From: an uncultured Sphingobacteriales bacterium
GTDB taxonomy: Bacteria; Bacteroidota; Bacteroidia; Chitinophagales; Chitinophagaceae
Direction of reading: 5' to 3'
NCBI GenBank assembly: GCA_937888905.1
Contig: CALATA010000001.1
Coordinates: 421,467 to 485,466 of the forward strand
DNA: 64,000 nucleotides
The position numbers and the translations under genes are program-made. Positions 1-9,662 of this stretch are shown one piece after another; positions within the stretch are counted from its first letter, which is position 1, and each line of letters opens with the position of its first letter. The notes below the pieces were generated by a model. That model saw nothing but the letters and a program-made list of their open reading frames with translations. It was not told the DNA's origin and ran no database searches.

Positions 1-524
1 GCCACCGTCAGAATTACTCCTTCGTATATCTTAACAGGTTCGCCGAATATTTCTTTCAGTTGAAGAGAGGCGAGCGGATCGTTTCCCCAATAGAGATCGT
101 GGTTGCCGAATATTTTCACATAAGCCTTTCGTTGCAAAAATGCTTTTTCCGCTTCGAATGTTTTTTCGTTGTGTTTGCGCACCTGCGCAAGCGTGTTTTC
201 CCATAGTTCTTCGCTGTCGCCAAGGTTGATGAACGTATATCCCTGGTTATTATAATAACTCAGTGCCGCGAGATAATTGTCCTCCGCGGCCGTAAAATCA
301 TCTGCGCCGTTGCGCGCGCCTTTGTGCTGATCGGAAAAAATAATGAAGCGACCGGTGGTGGCACCAAAAGGAATCACAGGACCTTTTTTACCAGGATGCG
401 CCAGGATACGTGCATACAGACGGCTCAGTGACTGATAGATACGTTCTTTGTCGGGGCGTGAGGCAAAACGTGCCGTGGCCCAACGAACCGGCTTCAGCAG
501 GAGCCAACGGAGAAAACGTCGCAT
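1..524 (-). CDS. Metallophosphoesterase (calcineurin-like) family protein, partial; C-terminus lies beyond window start
   Basis: Reverse-strand translation gives MRRFLRW...GATTGRFIIFSDQHKGARNGADDF...INLGDSEELWEN...KIFGNHDLYWGNDP, i.e. GDxxE and GNHD phosphoesterase motifs. ATG at complement 522-524, but the frame stays open upstream. Not in ORF track because no stop lies in the window. Confidence 0.6.
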   Translation of the reverse strand, partial: MRRFLRWLLLKPVRWATARFASRPDKERIYQSLSRLYARILAHPGKKGPVIPFGATTGRFIIFSDQHKGARNGADDFTAAEDNYLAALSYYNNQGYTFINLGDSEELWENTLAQVRKHNEKTFEAEKAFLQRKAYVKIFGNHDLYWGNDPLASLQLKEIFGEPVKIYEGVILTV

Positions 525-676
525 AACCGGTACAAGTTCCAGAAAATCACGTGAATAACCAAAGGGATTTCCCTCGTATTTTTTGAAAGCTTTTAGTTTG
601 TTTCATTTTATCTTTACCCCGCTTTATTGTTATCCGGCACAAGCCGCATTCCGAACTAATTACTAAGCTACACTTC

Positions 677-3211
677 ATGAGAAAATTTTATTTAGCGCTG
701 TTATTGACCGTATCAGGTTGGGCAACAGCGTTTGCTCAAAATACTGTTGAGCTGTTTACTCCTGCCTCCCGCTTCGCGCCTGAATACAGTAAGGTCGTGA
801 GCCGTTATCAATCGCTTGCATTGAATACGGCAATCTTATCCACCGTATTCAAAGAAGCTCCCGCCACATGGACATTACGTGTTCCGTTTGAAGGACAATA
901 CATGGATGTGCAGTTGGAAAAAGCAAAAGTAACCACCGATAATTTTTCCATCCTGGAAGCATTGCCGGATGGCTCACGCCGCCCTGTATCTTATAACGCT
1001 GGTGTATTCTACCGCGGTTATATCAACGGCGACAGAAAAACATTTGCAACCATTTCTATTTTTGAAAACCAGGTAATTGGTATTCTCGCCGATGCCCAAA
1101 GCAATCTGGTGCTGGGTGCTATCGAGCAGCATGGTTATGCAACCAATAACTACATGTTATATCGCGAGCCGGACCTGGCTATTCCCAATCCATTGAATTG
1201 CTTTACCAGCGATGAACATGTAATCGGTGGTTCAACAGATTCACATACGGAAGTTGTTGCTTCTCCGGCGTCGCCCAATGCGGTAGGTGAACCGGTAGAA
1301 ATCTATGTAGAATGTGATTACAGGTTTTACCAGGACAAAGGAAACAATACAACCAACGTGATTAATTACCTGCTTGGCTTTTTCAACAGTATTGAGCAAC
1401 TCTATGCCAACGAAAATGTGAAAGTGCAGGTGTCACAGGTATTGGTATGGACCTCCCCGGATCCGGAAGCGGCGGCGGGGCTTAACACTACGGGTGCCGT
1501 ACTGCCTGCGTTCGCGAGCCGGATGAACAGTACCAACTATGTTGGTGACTATGCGGCGTATATCTCTACCCGTTCGCTGGGTGGAGGTGTTGCTTATCTT
1601 ACTACCGATGCATGCGCCGCGGGTAAAAGCGGTCGTACATCGGTGAGCGCTATTAATAATACCTATGCAAACGTTCCTACTTATTCATGGACAGTGGAAG
1701 TAGTAACGCATGAGTTGGGACATAACCTCGGCTCGCGTCATACACACTGGTGTGGATGGCCCGGCGGGCCGATCGATTGGTGCGGTCCTACAGCCAACGC
1801 AGCATACATGGAAGGATCCTGCACTCCGGGTCCGTTGCCAAGCTCAACCGTTAGAGGAACTATTATGAGCTATTGCCACCTGATCAGTGTTGGCATCAAC
1901 TTCAACAATGGTTTTGGTCCGCTGCCCGGCGACGCTATCCGCAATTATGTGGCGGCACGCACCTGTTTTGGCAACTGCCGTATGACCATTTCTATTGCTA
2001 CAACCAACGCATCTTGCGGATCAGACAACGGCAGAGCCGTTGTGACCGCTGCCAACGCCACAGGTGCCGTAACGGTTACCTGGAGCAACGGTCTCACAGG
2101 CGCGAATCCTACCAACCTTGCGCCCGGCACCTATTATGTAACTGTGCGTGATGCGGCTGGTTGCCAGGTGATGGACGATGTAGTGATCGGCAACAGTGGC
2201 CCTTCACTTGATTTCACGCTTACTCCGTCAGGATCGGTGAACTATTGTGCAAGTTCGGCCGCACCGGTACTTTCCGCTACCAGCGACCCTACCTTTACTT
2301 ACCAATGGTTTAAAAATACCAACCCTGTTCCCGGTGCAACAGCTTCTTCTTTTACATCAACCGGTCCCGGTATTTATACCGTACAGGTAACGTCTCCTTC
2401 TTGTTCGGGTACACGCTCCGTAACATTAACACAGGTGGCAAATCCAACCGTTACTGTTACGCCGACCACTGCAACGATCAATAAATTTGATCAGCATTTG
2501 CTGACAGTAAACGGTGCGCTCAATTTCAACTGGGAAGAACAACCAGCGATCGTAAGCTACAGTGGCCGGTTTGGTTATGTACGCCCACTGACATCCACAG
2601 TATATACCATCATCGGTACCGATGCCAATGGTTGTCGCGGTACTGCCACAGCCACCGTCAACGTTATCGGATGCGGACCAGCAACGGATATGAAAGTGAC
2701 GCCTTACAGTCCTTCACGTGTACTGGTTGAATGGACCAATCCTGAAGGTGCCACAACCGATTCATTGCGTTACCGTGTGAAAGGCTCCACACAATGGAAC
2801 CGTGTTTATGTGGAAGGGTCTTCTTATGAACTCAATGGCCTTACACCTAATACCGAGTACGAATACGCTATTGTACCGCTTTGTACAACCACTACTACTT
2901 TTGTAGCGTCGGAAACAAATGCCTTTACTACACTCCAACTCGACAACAGCGGCGTGTATGTGCGCCTATTCCCGAACCCCATACAGGCACAGGGGCGTTT
3001 GGAAGTAATTGCCGCCCGTCCTTATTCATTGCAGGTGAATATGTATGACAATGCAGGAAAACTCGTTCGTCAACTTTCACAAGCAGAGAATATGCCGGCC
3101 GGACAAACGATCAAAACAATTGATTCAGGGGTAATGGCTAATGGCGTTTACTACCTGCAGGTATTGATAGATGGAAAAATTCATCCGGTGAAGATGATTA
3201 TTGCACGCTGA
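677..3211 (+). CDS. Secreted metzincin (reprolysin/M12B-like) zinc metalloprotease with SprB-type repeat, Ig-like and FN3 domains and T9SS C-terminal sorting domain
   Basis: Signal peptide MRKFYLALLLTVSGWATAFAQ. HELGHNLGSRH matches HExxHxxGxxH, with a Met-turn (IMSY). SprB-like repeat (NASCGSDNG...TWSNG...GTYYVTVRDAAGC) and FN3-like segment present. C-terminal Por_Secre_tail-like sequence (LFPNP...MYDNAGKLV...GVYYLQV). Confidence 0.85.
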   Translation: MRKFYLALLLTVSGWATAFAQNTVELFTPASRFAPEYSKVVSRYQSLALNTAILSTVFKEAPATWTLRVPFEGQYMDVQLEKAKVTTDNFSILEALPDGSRRPVSYNAGVFYRGYINGDRKTFATISIFENQVIGILADAQSNLVLGAIEQHGYATNNYMLYREPDLAIPNPLNCFTSDEHVIGGSTDSHTEVVASPASPNAVGEPVEIYVECDYRFYQDKGNNTTNVINYLLGFFNSIEQLYANENVKVQVSQVLVWTSPDPEAAAGLNTTGAVLPAFASRMNSTNYVGDYAAYISTRSLGGGVAYLTTDACAAGKSGRTSVSAINNTYANVPTYSWTVEVVTHELGHNLGSRHTHWCGWPGGPIDWCGPTANAAYMEGSCTPGPLPSSTVRGTIMSYCHLISVGINFNNGFGPLPGDAIRNYVAARTCFGNCRMTISIATTNASCGSDNGRAVVTAANATGAVTVTWSNGLTGANPTNLAPGTYYVTVRDAAGCQVMDDVVIGNSGPSLDFTLTPSGSVNYCASSAAPVLSATSDPTFTYQWFKNTNPVPGATASSFTSTGPGIYTVQVTSPSCSGTRSVTLTQVANPTVTVTPTTATINKFDQHLLTVNGALNFNWEEQPAIVSYSGRFGYVRPLTSTVYTIIGTDANGCRGTATATVNVIGCGPATDMKVTPYSPSRVLVEWTNPEGATTDSLRYRVKGSTQWNRVYVEGSSYELNGLTPNTEYEYAIVPLCTTTTTFVASETNAFTTLQLDNSGVYVRLFPNPIQAQGRLEVIAARPYSLQVNMYDNAGKLVRQLSQAENMPAGQTIKTIDSGVMANGVYYLQVLIDGKIHPVKMIIAR

Positions 3212-3231
3212 TAAAAGCTTCATATACAAAG

Positions 3232-3266
3232 AAAAATCCTTCGCATAGCGAAGGATTTTTCTTTGT
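3232..3266 (+). terminator. Rho-independent terminator after protease 1
   Basis: Hairpin aaaaatccttcgc/ata/gcgaaggattttt followed by tctttg. Confidence 0.7.
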
Positions 3267-3351
3267 AGTCACTATTTGGTGATTTAATTAGCCTGTTTCG
3301 TTTTATCTTTACGTGCTTTGATTTAGTAATCCGAACTAACTAAACTACTCA

Positions 3352-5865
3352 ATGAGAAGACTTTCTTTGGTGCTGTTGCTGATCGTGTCAGGGTTGGCGA
3401 ACTCTTTTGCTCAAACGCCCGTTGAACTGTTTACTACCACATCCCGTTTTGCACCTGAATACAGTAAGGTGGTGAGTCGCTACCAGCCACTTGCTTTGAA
3501 CACGGCAAACTTATCATCCTTGTTTCAGCAGGCTCCGGCTACCTGGACGATGCGTGTACCTTTTGAGGGACAATACATGGATGTGCAGTTGGAAAAAGCA
3601 AAAGTGACAACTGATAATTTTTCTGTGATAGAAGTATTGCCTGACGGGAGCCGGCGCACTGTTGCATATAACGGCGGGGTTTTCTACCGTGGATATATCA
3701 ATGGTGACAGAAAAACATTTGCAGCCGTTTCCATTTTCGAAAACCAGGTAATGGGTATCCTGGCCGATGCGCAAAGCAATCTGGTGCTCGGTGCGATCGA
3801 GCAAAATGGTTTTGGTACCAATGATTACATGCTCTATCGTGACCACGACCTGGCTGTTCCCAATCCAACCAATTGTTTTACCACTGAGGAACTGGCTTCG
3901 GGTGATACTCCCCGTGAACATACAGAGGTAGTTGCCTCACCCAACGCTGTTGGCGAACCAGTAGAAATCTATGTGGAATGCGATTACAAACTTTACCTTG
4001 ATAAAGGAAGTAATGTCAACAACGTAATGAATTACCTGCTCGGTTTTTTTAACGGCGTTGAACAGCTTTATGCCAATGAAAACCTGAAGGTGCAGGTGTC
4101 ACAGGTACTTGTGTGGACAATGGAAGATCCTGAAGCGTCCTTTACCACTGCGGGAACCACGCTCGAACCGTTTGGACAACGCATGTCGGGAACAAACTAT
4201 GTGGGTGATTACGCAGCTTATATCTCAACAAGGCCTATCGGTGGAGGAGTTGCCTATATCAACAGCAATGCCTGCACAGCTACTAAGGCTTTCCGCTCTT
4301 CGGTAAGCGGTATCAATGTCACTTATCAGAATGTTCCCACTTATTCCTGGACGGTAAACGTGGTAACGCACGAACTTGGGCATAATCTCGGTTCGCGTCA
4401 TACGCACTGGTGTGGATGGCCGGAAGGCCCGATTGACGGATGCGGTCCCACCGCCACTCCTCCATATACGGATGGAACCTGCGCACCAGGTCCAATTCCG
4501 ACAGCGCTGGGCGGAACGATTATGAGTTATTGCCACCTGGTCAACGCCGGTATTAATTTCAATAATGGCTTTGGCAGATATCCCGGTGATGCTATCCGTT
4601 CGTATGTTGCTGCAAGCCCCTGCTTTGGTAGCTGCCGCATGACGGTTTCCATTGCCAAAACAAATGCCTCCTGCGGTTCGGAAAACGGCAAAGCCGTGAT
4701 TACCGCTACCAATGCCACAGGTGCGGTAACGGCTACCTGGAGTAACGGACAAACCGGTATGAGTATTTCCAATTTTACACCCGGTACATACTGGGTTGTG
4801 GTAAAAGATGCGGCGGGCTGCCAGATAACCGAAGATGTGGTTATCGGCAATGATGGCCCAAGTCTTACGTTTTCACTTACACCATCCGGCACTGCCAACT
4901 ATTGCGCAGGTACTACTCCGGTATTGACGGCTACCAGCGATCCTTCATTTACCTATCAATGGTTTAAAAATACAAATGCTATTCAAGGGGCCATTTCATC
5001 AACCTTCACTTCTACCGGTCCCGGCACGTACAGCGTGCAGGTGACATCACCGGCCTGTTCGGGTACGCGTTCAGTAGTGCTGACACAGGTAGCAAATCCA
5101 ACCGTTGTTGCAATGCCTGCCGTTGCCACAGTCAATAAATTTGATCAGCATCTGATTACAATGTCCGGTGCAGACAATTTCAATTGGGCCGAACAGCCTG
5201 ATATTGTAAGCTTCACGGGTCGTTTCGGTTATGTGCGTCCGCTTTCGTCTACCGTTTATACAATTACCGGAACGGATGCAAACGGTTGCCGTGGTACCAC
5301 CACCGCCACGGTTAATGTGGTCGGATGTGGTTATGCAACAGACGTTAAAGTAACGCACTTAAGCCCTTCTCATGTACAGGTGCAATGGACAAATCCGGAA
5401 GGGGCCACTACCGATACGCTGCGATATCGGGTAAAGGGAACAACGGAATGGAACCGTGTATATGTTGAAGGATCATCCTGTAAACTGAATGGCCTGCTTC
5501 CGAATACAGAATATGAATATTCCGTTGTGGCGCTCTGTGCCACCACTACTTCATTTGTGGCATCCGAAACAGGTTCGTTTACCACACTGGCCCTTGACAA
5601 TACCGGCTTATATATTCGTCTCTATCCCAATCCGGTGCGGTCACAGGGAAGCCTGGAAGTCATCACGGCACGTCCGTCCACTTTGCAGGTGAATTTATAT
5701 GACAATGCAGGCAGGTTGGTGCGCCCGTTATCACAGACGGAAAATCTGCCTGCGGGTCAGACGATCAAAACGATTGATCCGGGTGTGATGGCCAATGGCG
5801 TTTACTATCTGCAGGTATTGGTTGATGGGAAAATTTATCCGTTAAAAATGGTTATTGTTCATTAA
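3352..5865 (+). CDS. Secreted metzincin zinc metalloprotease, tandem paralog of 677..3211, with T9SS C-terminal sorting domain
   Basis: Same architecture and most residues identical to the upstream gene. HELGHNLGSRH motif present. C-terminal T9SS tail LYPNP...LYDNAGRLV...GVYYLQV. Confidence 0.85.
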   Translation: MRRLSLVLLLIVSGLANSFAQTPVELFTTTSRFAPEYSKVVSRYQPLALNTANLSSLFQQAPATWTMRVPFEGQYMDVQLEKAKVTTDNFSVIEVLPDGSRRTVAYNGGVFYRGYINGDRKTFAAVSIFENQVMGILADAQSNLVLGAIEQNGFGTNDYMLYRDHDLAVPNPTNCFTTEELASGDTPREHTEVVASPNAVGEPVEIYVECDYKLYLDKGSNVNNVMNYLLGFFNGVEQLYANENLKVQVSQVLVWTMEDPEASFTTAGTTLEPFGQRMSGTNYVGDYAAYISTRPIGGGVAYINSNACTATKAFRSSVSGINVTYQNVPTYSWTVNVVTHELGHNLGSRHTHWCGWPEGPIDGCGPTATPPYTDGTCAPGPIPTALGGTIMSYCHLVNAGINFNNGFGRYPGDAIRSYVAASPCFGSCRMTVSIAKTNASCGSENGKAVITATNATGAVTATWSNGQTGMSISNFTPGTYWVVVKDAAGCQITEDVVIGNDGPSLTFSLTPSGTANYCAGTTPVLTATSDPSFTYQWFKNTNAIQGAISSTFTSTGPGTYSVQVTSPACSGTRSVVLTQVANPTVVAMPAVATVNKFDQHLITMSGADNFNWAEQPDIVSFTGRFGYVRPLSSTVYTITGTDANGCRGTTTATVNVVGCGYATDVKVTHLSPSHVQVQWTNPEGATTDTLRYRVKGTTEWNRVYVEGSSCKLNGLLPNTEYEYSVVALCATTTSFVASETGSFTTLALDNTGLYIRLYPNPVRSQGSLEVITARPSTLQVNLYDNAGRLVRPLSQTENLPAGQTIKTIDPGVMANGVYYLQVLVDGKIYPLKMVIVH

Positions 5866-5968
5866 CTGGGAAGCTTCAATAAAAGAAAATAGGTCAATAA
5901 GTGAATAGTGAACAATCAAGTCCGTTCCATTTTCAGATCATCAAATTTTCAAATCATCAAATTATCCC
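5866..5968. repeat. Copy (a) of a mosaic intergenic repeat family (modules B and A)
   Basis: ggtcaataagtgaatagtgaacaatcaag resembles the GTGAATGGTGAAT module at 12636 and 21871. atcatcaaattttcaaatcatcaaatt (5936-5962) matches 19921-19947 with 1 mismatch. Confidence 0.4.
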
Positions 5969-6349
5969 TCACTTCACCGCTACCATACTGATTTCTACAT
6001 TTACAAATTTTGGAAGTGCGGCAACCTGCACGGTTTCGCGGGCAGGAGGATCATCGGAAAAATATTGACCATATACTTCATTCACTTCACCAAAGCGATG
6101 CATATCGGTGAGGAAAATAGTTGTTTTTACCACGTGTCCGAAATCCATACCAGCCGCAGCTAACACGGCTTTAAGGTTACGCATACACTGATGAGTTTCA
6201 TCCTGCAGGCTGTCATTATGCAGATTGCCGGTGGCCGGATCGATACAAATTTGCCCGGAAATATAAAGTGTATCATTGGCCAGTACAGCCTGGTTATAGG
6301 GACCGATAGGGGCGGGTGCATCTTCTGTGCGGATAATTATTCTGGGCAT
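5969..6349 (-). CDS. ridA: RidA family (YjgF/Endoribonuclease L-PSP) reactive intermediate/imine deaminase
   Basis: 126 aa, MPRIIIRTEDAPAPIGPYNQAV...TIFLTDMHRFGEVNEVYGQYF, typical RidA fold sequence. Confidence 0.9.
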   Translation of the reverse strand: MPRIIIRTEDAPAPIGPYNQAVLANDTLYISGQICIDPATGNLHNDSLQDETHQCMRNLKAVLAAAGMDFGHVVKTTIFLTDMHRFGEVNEVYGQYFSDDPPARETVQVAALPKFVNVEISMVAVK

Positions 6350-6456
6350 AAAAGCTTATTTGAAGTGAGAAATGTTTTCTTTGCATTCATGGCAGCAATG
6401 ATGCCGCCGCCGGCACAAGTTAACAAGCTGCCGTATTTTTATCAAATTCTGATTGC

Positions 6457-7068
6457 ATGACCGTATTACTGATCGCAGATGAGGCAAGAAAGGCAGCCTG
6501 GCTAAGCACTGGCCACACAGCGGAGGTGGAGCTCATTGTGTCGGAAAAAATAACAGATACACCGGCCGATGCCTGCATCGATTTACTGTTCGACGGCAGC
6601 CAAGCGCGCATCGCCTCCCTGGGAGCCGCAAAATTTCCGCTGGTGCTCGTGCATTCACTGGAAACATTGCTCGGTAATTTGCCGGATCATTTTGTACGTA
6701 TCAACGGATGGCTGACATTCCTGGAAAGAACTATTGTTGAAGGATGTGCACATGCGCCGCAAAAACCGGCAGCAGAAGCAGTATTGAAAAATTTTAACCG
6801 TACGTTGACATGGGTGCCCGATATCACGGGGCTGTTATCCGCACGTGTGGTAACGGGTGTCATCAATGAAGCGTATCTCGCACTGGAAGAAGGATTGAGC
6901 ACAGCGGAGGAGATCGATACGGCGATGAAACTCGGAACAAATTATCCCTATGGTCCACTGGAATGGTGCGACCGGATTGGTAAAAAGAATGTTCAGCAAT
7001 TGCTTCGTAAATTGCAAGCAGAAAATTTACGGTATCAGCCTGCAGAAGGATTGAGCATAAAGGAATAA
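6457..7068 (+). CDS. 3-hydroxyacyl-CoA dehydrogenase family protein (C-terminal 3HCDH domain; N-terminal part lacks GxGxxG)
   Basis: C-terminal NEAYLALEEGLSTAEEIDTAMKLGTNYPYGPLEWCDRIG is characteristic of the 3HCDH C-terminal domain. No Rossmann glycine motif in the first 100 aa. Confidence 0.55.
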   Translation: MTVLLIADEARKAAWLSTGHTAEVELIVSEKITDTPADACIDLLFDGSQARIASLGAAKFPLVLVHSLETLLGNLPDHFVRINGWLTFLERTIVEGCAHAPQKPAAEAVLKNFNRTLTWVPDITGLLSARVVTGVINEAYLALEEGLSTAEEIDTAMKLGTNYPYGPLEWCDRIGKKNVQQLLRKLQAENLRYQPAEGLSIKE

Positions 7069-7074
7069 GCAAGA

Positions 7075-7755
7075 ATGGCATTAATATTGAATATAGATAG
7101 TGCGCTGGGAAAAGCCACGGTAACGTTGGCTGAGGAAGCACGTGTGCTGCAATCACTTGAGAACAATGACATGCGTGATCAGGCTTCGTGGTTGCATCCG
7201 GCTATCAGCCGGTGTTTCGACGACACGAAAAAAAAATTGCAGGAACTGGAAGCAGTGGCAGTGACGATCGGTCCGGGGTCCTATACCGGTCTGAGAATTG
7301 GATTGTCTGCAGCAAAAGGATTATCTTACGCCCTGCAAATTCCATTAATCACTTTGCCTACGCTGGAGCTGATGGCCAGAGCAGAACACAACGCGCAGAC
7401 AGACCTGATCTGTCCTGTGATCGATGCCCGGCGAATGGAGGTCTTTACAGCACTATACAACAAACAAATGCAAGAGGTGATGGCACCGTGTGCACTCATA
7501 ATAGATGCGCAGAGTTTTGCCACACAGCTCGCGGAACATACTGTATTATTTACAGGTAATGCAGTTGGAAAAATCCGTGAGATACTGCATCATCCCAACG
7601 CGTTTTTTTCCGAAAACGGATACACGCCTCAGGATATATCGGATTTGTCCACACTACTGTTCAGAAATAAACGATTCTCAGACATTGCCTACTCGGAACC
7701 TTTTTATGTAAAAGAGTTTTATGATGCGGCGGCACACACCCGCAGGCAACATTGA
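7075..7755 (+). CDS. tsaB: tRNA threonylcarbamoyladenosine biosynthesis protein TsaB (YeaZ)
   Basis: 226 aa, MALILNIDSALGKATVTLAE...AVAVTIGPGSYTGLRIGLSAAKGL, Kae1/YgjD-family inactive paralog signature. Confidence 0.85.
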   Translation: MALILNIDSALGKATVTLAEEARVLQSLENNDMRDQASWLHPAISRCFDDTKKKLQELEAVAVTIGPGSYTGLRIGLSAAKGLSYALQIPLITLPTLELMARAEHNAQTDLICPVIDARRMEVFTALYNKQMQEVMAPCALIIDAQSFATQLAEHTVLFTGNAVGKIREILHHPNAFFSENGYTPQDISDLSTLLFRNKRFSDIAYSEPFYVKEFYDAAAHTRRQH

Positions 7756-7820
7756 CAATTTTAATTTTTCCGGGAGGCAATTAGAACTAATTTTGTAACT
7801 CCTGTTAATCGCTCAATGCT

Positions 7821-8159
7821 ATGAACAACTATACGCTAACACTCAACCCTGCGGCTGAGGGTAATGCCCCCTTGACCGTAGACCTGCTCAATGTAAAGAA
7901 GGCGGCGCTGATCCTGCGCGCGCTCAATCATAAGCTGCGCCAGCAAATGATCAAACTCATTGATGAGCAAGGCCGCATCACCGTAACGGATATCTACGTG
8001 AAGCTCAGGCTTGAACAGTCAGTAGCTTCGCAACACCTCGCCGTGCTGCGCAAAGCCGGGTTCGTGAACACCATCCGCGAGGGCAAATTCATCTACTATT
8101 CCGTTAATGCAGACCGGATGATCGAGTTGAACAAATTCGTTGAATCCTTGTTAAATTAA
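7821..8159 (+). CDS. ArsR/SmtB family transcriptional regulator (BigR-like)
   Basis: 112 aa winged-HTH, LRALNHKLRQQMIKLIDEQGRITVTDIYVKLRLEQSVASQHLAVLRKAGFV. Sits upstream of an MBL-rhodanese gene as in bigR-blh. Confidence 0.8.
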   Translation: MNNYTLTLNPAAEGNAPLTVDLLNVKKAALILRALNHKLRQQMIKLIDEQGRITVTDIYVKLRLEQSVASQHLAVLRKAGFVNTIREGKFIYYSVNADRMIELNKFVESLLN

Positions 8160-8178
8160 TCAAGCTTTTCCTGATACA

Positions 8179-8212
8179 GGACGGAAGCCCCAGGCTTCCG
8201 TTTTTGTTTTTG
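8179..8212 (+). terminator. Rho-independent terminator between arsR-like gene and MBL-rhodanese gene
   Basis: acggaagcc/cca/ggcttccgt hairpin followed by ttttgtttttg. Confidence 0.55.
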
Positions 8213-8222
8213 GGAAATAAGG

Positions 8223-8230
8223 TATTTTTG
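8223..8230 (+). promoter_or_regulatory. Bacteroidota -7 promoter element TATTTTTG (TAnnTTTG)
   Basis: Matches the Bacteroidota sigma-A -7 consensus and lies 22 nt upstream of the ATG at 8253. Confidence 0.35.
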
Positions 8231-8252
8231 CAGTATAAATTTTCTAACTAAT

Positions 8253-9662
8253 ATGTTCGTCAAGCAATTATATACCGGCTGCCTGAGTGAAGCGGCTTAT
8301 TATATCGAAAGTAACGGCGAAGCGGCCATCATTGACCCGCTTCGCGATATCGATGATTATCTCGGGCTCCTTCACGAGCGAAAAGCCAAATTGAAATATA
8401 TTTTCGAAACGCATTTTCATGCAGATTTTGTAAGCGGTCACCTCGATCTGTCGCAGGCCACCGGCGCGCCCATCGTGTACGGTCCCCAGACAGAAGCCGC
8501 TTTCACTTTTCACAAAGCAAAAGACGGCGAGCAGTTTAAAATAGGAGACCTTAGCATCGAAGTATTACATACGCCGGGCCATACCATGGAATCTTCCTGC
8601 TACCTGCTGCGCGATGCTGACGGAAAAGATCATTGCATTTTCACCGGCGACACGCTGTTTGTAGGAGATGTGGGCCGTCCCGATCTTGCACAGAAAGGTG
8701 AAGAACTTACTACTGATGATCTTGCCGGCACCTTATACGACAGCCTGCATCGCAAGATCATGCCGCTGGCAGATAATGTAATCGTTTATCCCGCACATGG
8801 TCCCGGAAGCTCCTGTGGTAAAAACCTGGGCCCCGATACGTACAGTACCATTGGTGATGAAAAACAATACAACTACGCGCTGAAAGCGGAGTCCAAAGAA
8901 GCATTTATCAAAGCTATTACGGATGGCATTCCACCGCCTCCCGCTTATTTCCCTGTCAACGCGCGCATCAACCGCGAAGGGTATGGCAACCTGGAAGCTA
9001 TTCTCGATGAAGCACTGCAGCCATTGAGCGCGGATGAATTTGAAGCGCGTGCAGAAAATGGTGTACTGATATTGGATACGCGTCCCGCCGCTGTTTTTAC
9101 CGAAGGATTTATTCCCGGCAGCATCAGCATTGGTCTGGAAGGACGTTTTGCAGAATGGGCCGGCAGTCTCCTGCCTTTTGATCAACCCATGATCATTGTT
9201 ACACCGCATGGCCAGGAAAAAGAAACGATCATCCGATTGGCACGGGTGGGTCTTGATAAAGTACAAGGATATCTCAAAGGCGGATATGAAGCCTGGAAAG
9301 AAGCGGGCAAGCCGCTCGACATGATCATCGATATCGAAGCCGATGAATTGATGATGGATATTCCTTTCGATCCCAATCTGCAGGTAATAGATGTGCGCAA
9401 GCCGGCGGAATATGCCGATGGTCACCTGAAAAACGCGGTCAATCTTCAGTTGGCAGATATGAAAGATCCGGGTTCAATGGCCAATATCGGCGAGGAGCAA
9501 AACCTGTATGTGCATTGCGCAGGCGGTTACCGTAGCGTAATAGCAGCGTCTTTGCTGAAACGTCAGGGTTTTCATAATCTCCGCAACGTTACAGGAGGCT
9601 GGAGCAAAATACGTGAACAGGAAAAAGCAGAGATCGTTAAAGAAACGGCCGTGCTGAATTAA
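8253..9662 (+). CDS. MBL-fold metallo-hydrolase fused to two rhodanese domains (ETHE1/Blh-like persulfide dioxygenase-sulfurtransferase)
   Basis: HFHADFVSGH metal-binding motif. C-terminal tandem rhodanese domains with CAGGYRS active-site loop. Confidence 0.8.
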   Translation: MFVKQLYTGCLSEAAYYIESNGEAAIIDPLRDIDDYLGLLHERKAKLKYIFETHFHADFVSGHLDLSQATGAPIVYGPQTEAAFTFHKAKDGEQFKIGDLSIEVLHTPGHTMESSCYLLRDADGKDHCIFTGDTLFVGDVGRPDLAQKGEELTTDDLAGTLYDSLHRKIMPLADNVIVYPAHGPGSSCGKNLGPDTYSTIGDEKQYNYALKAESKEAFIKAITDGIPPPPAYFPVNARINREGYGNLEAILDEALQPLSADEFEARAENGVLILDTRPAAVFTEGFIPGSISIGLEGRFAEWAGSLLPFDQPMIIVTPHGQEKETIIRLARVGLDKVQGYLKGGYEAWKEAGKPLDMIIDIEADELMMDIPFDPNLQVIDVRKPAEYADGHLKNAVNLQLADMKDPGSMANIGEEQNLYVHCAGGYRSVIAASLLKRQGFHNLRNVTGGWSKIREQEKAEIVKETAVLN

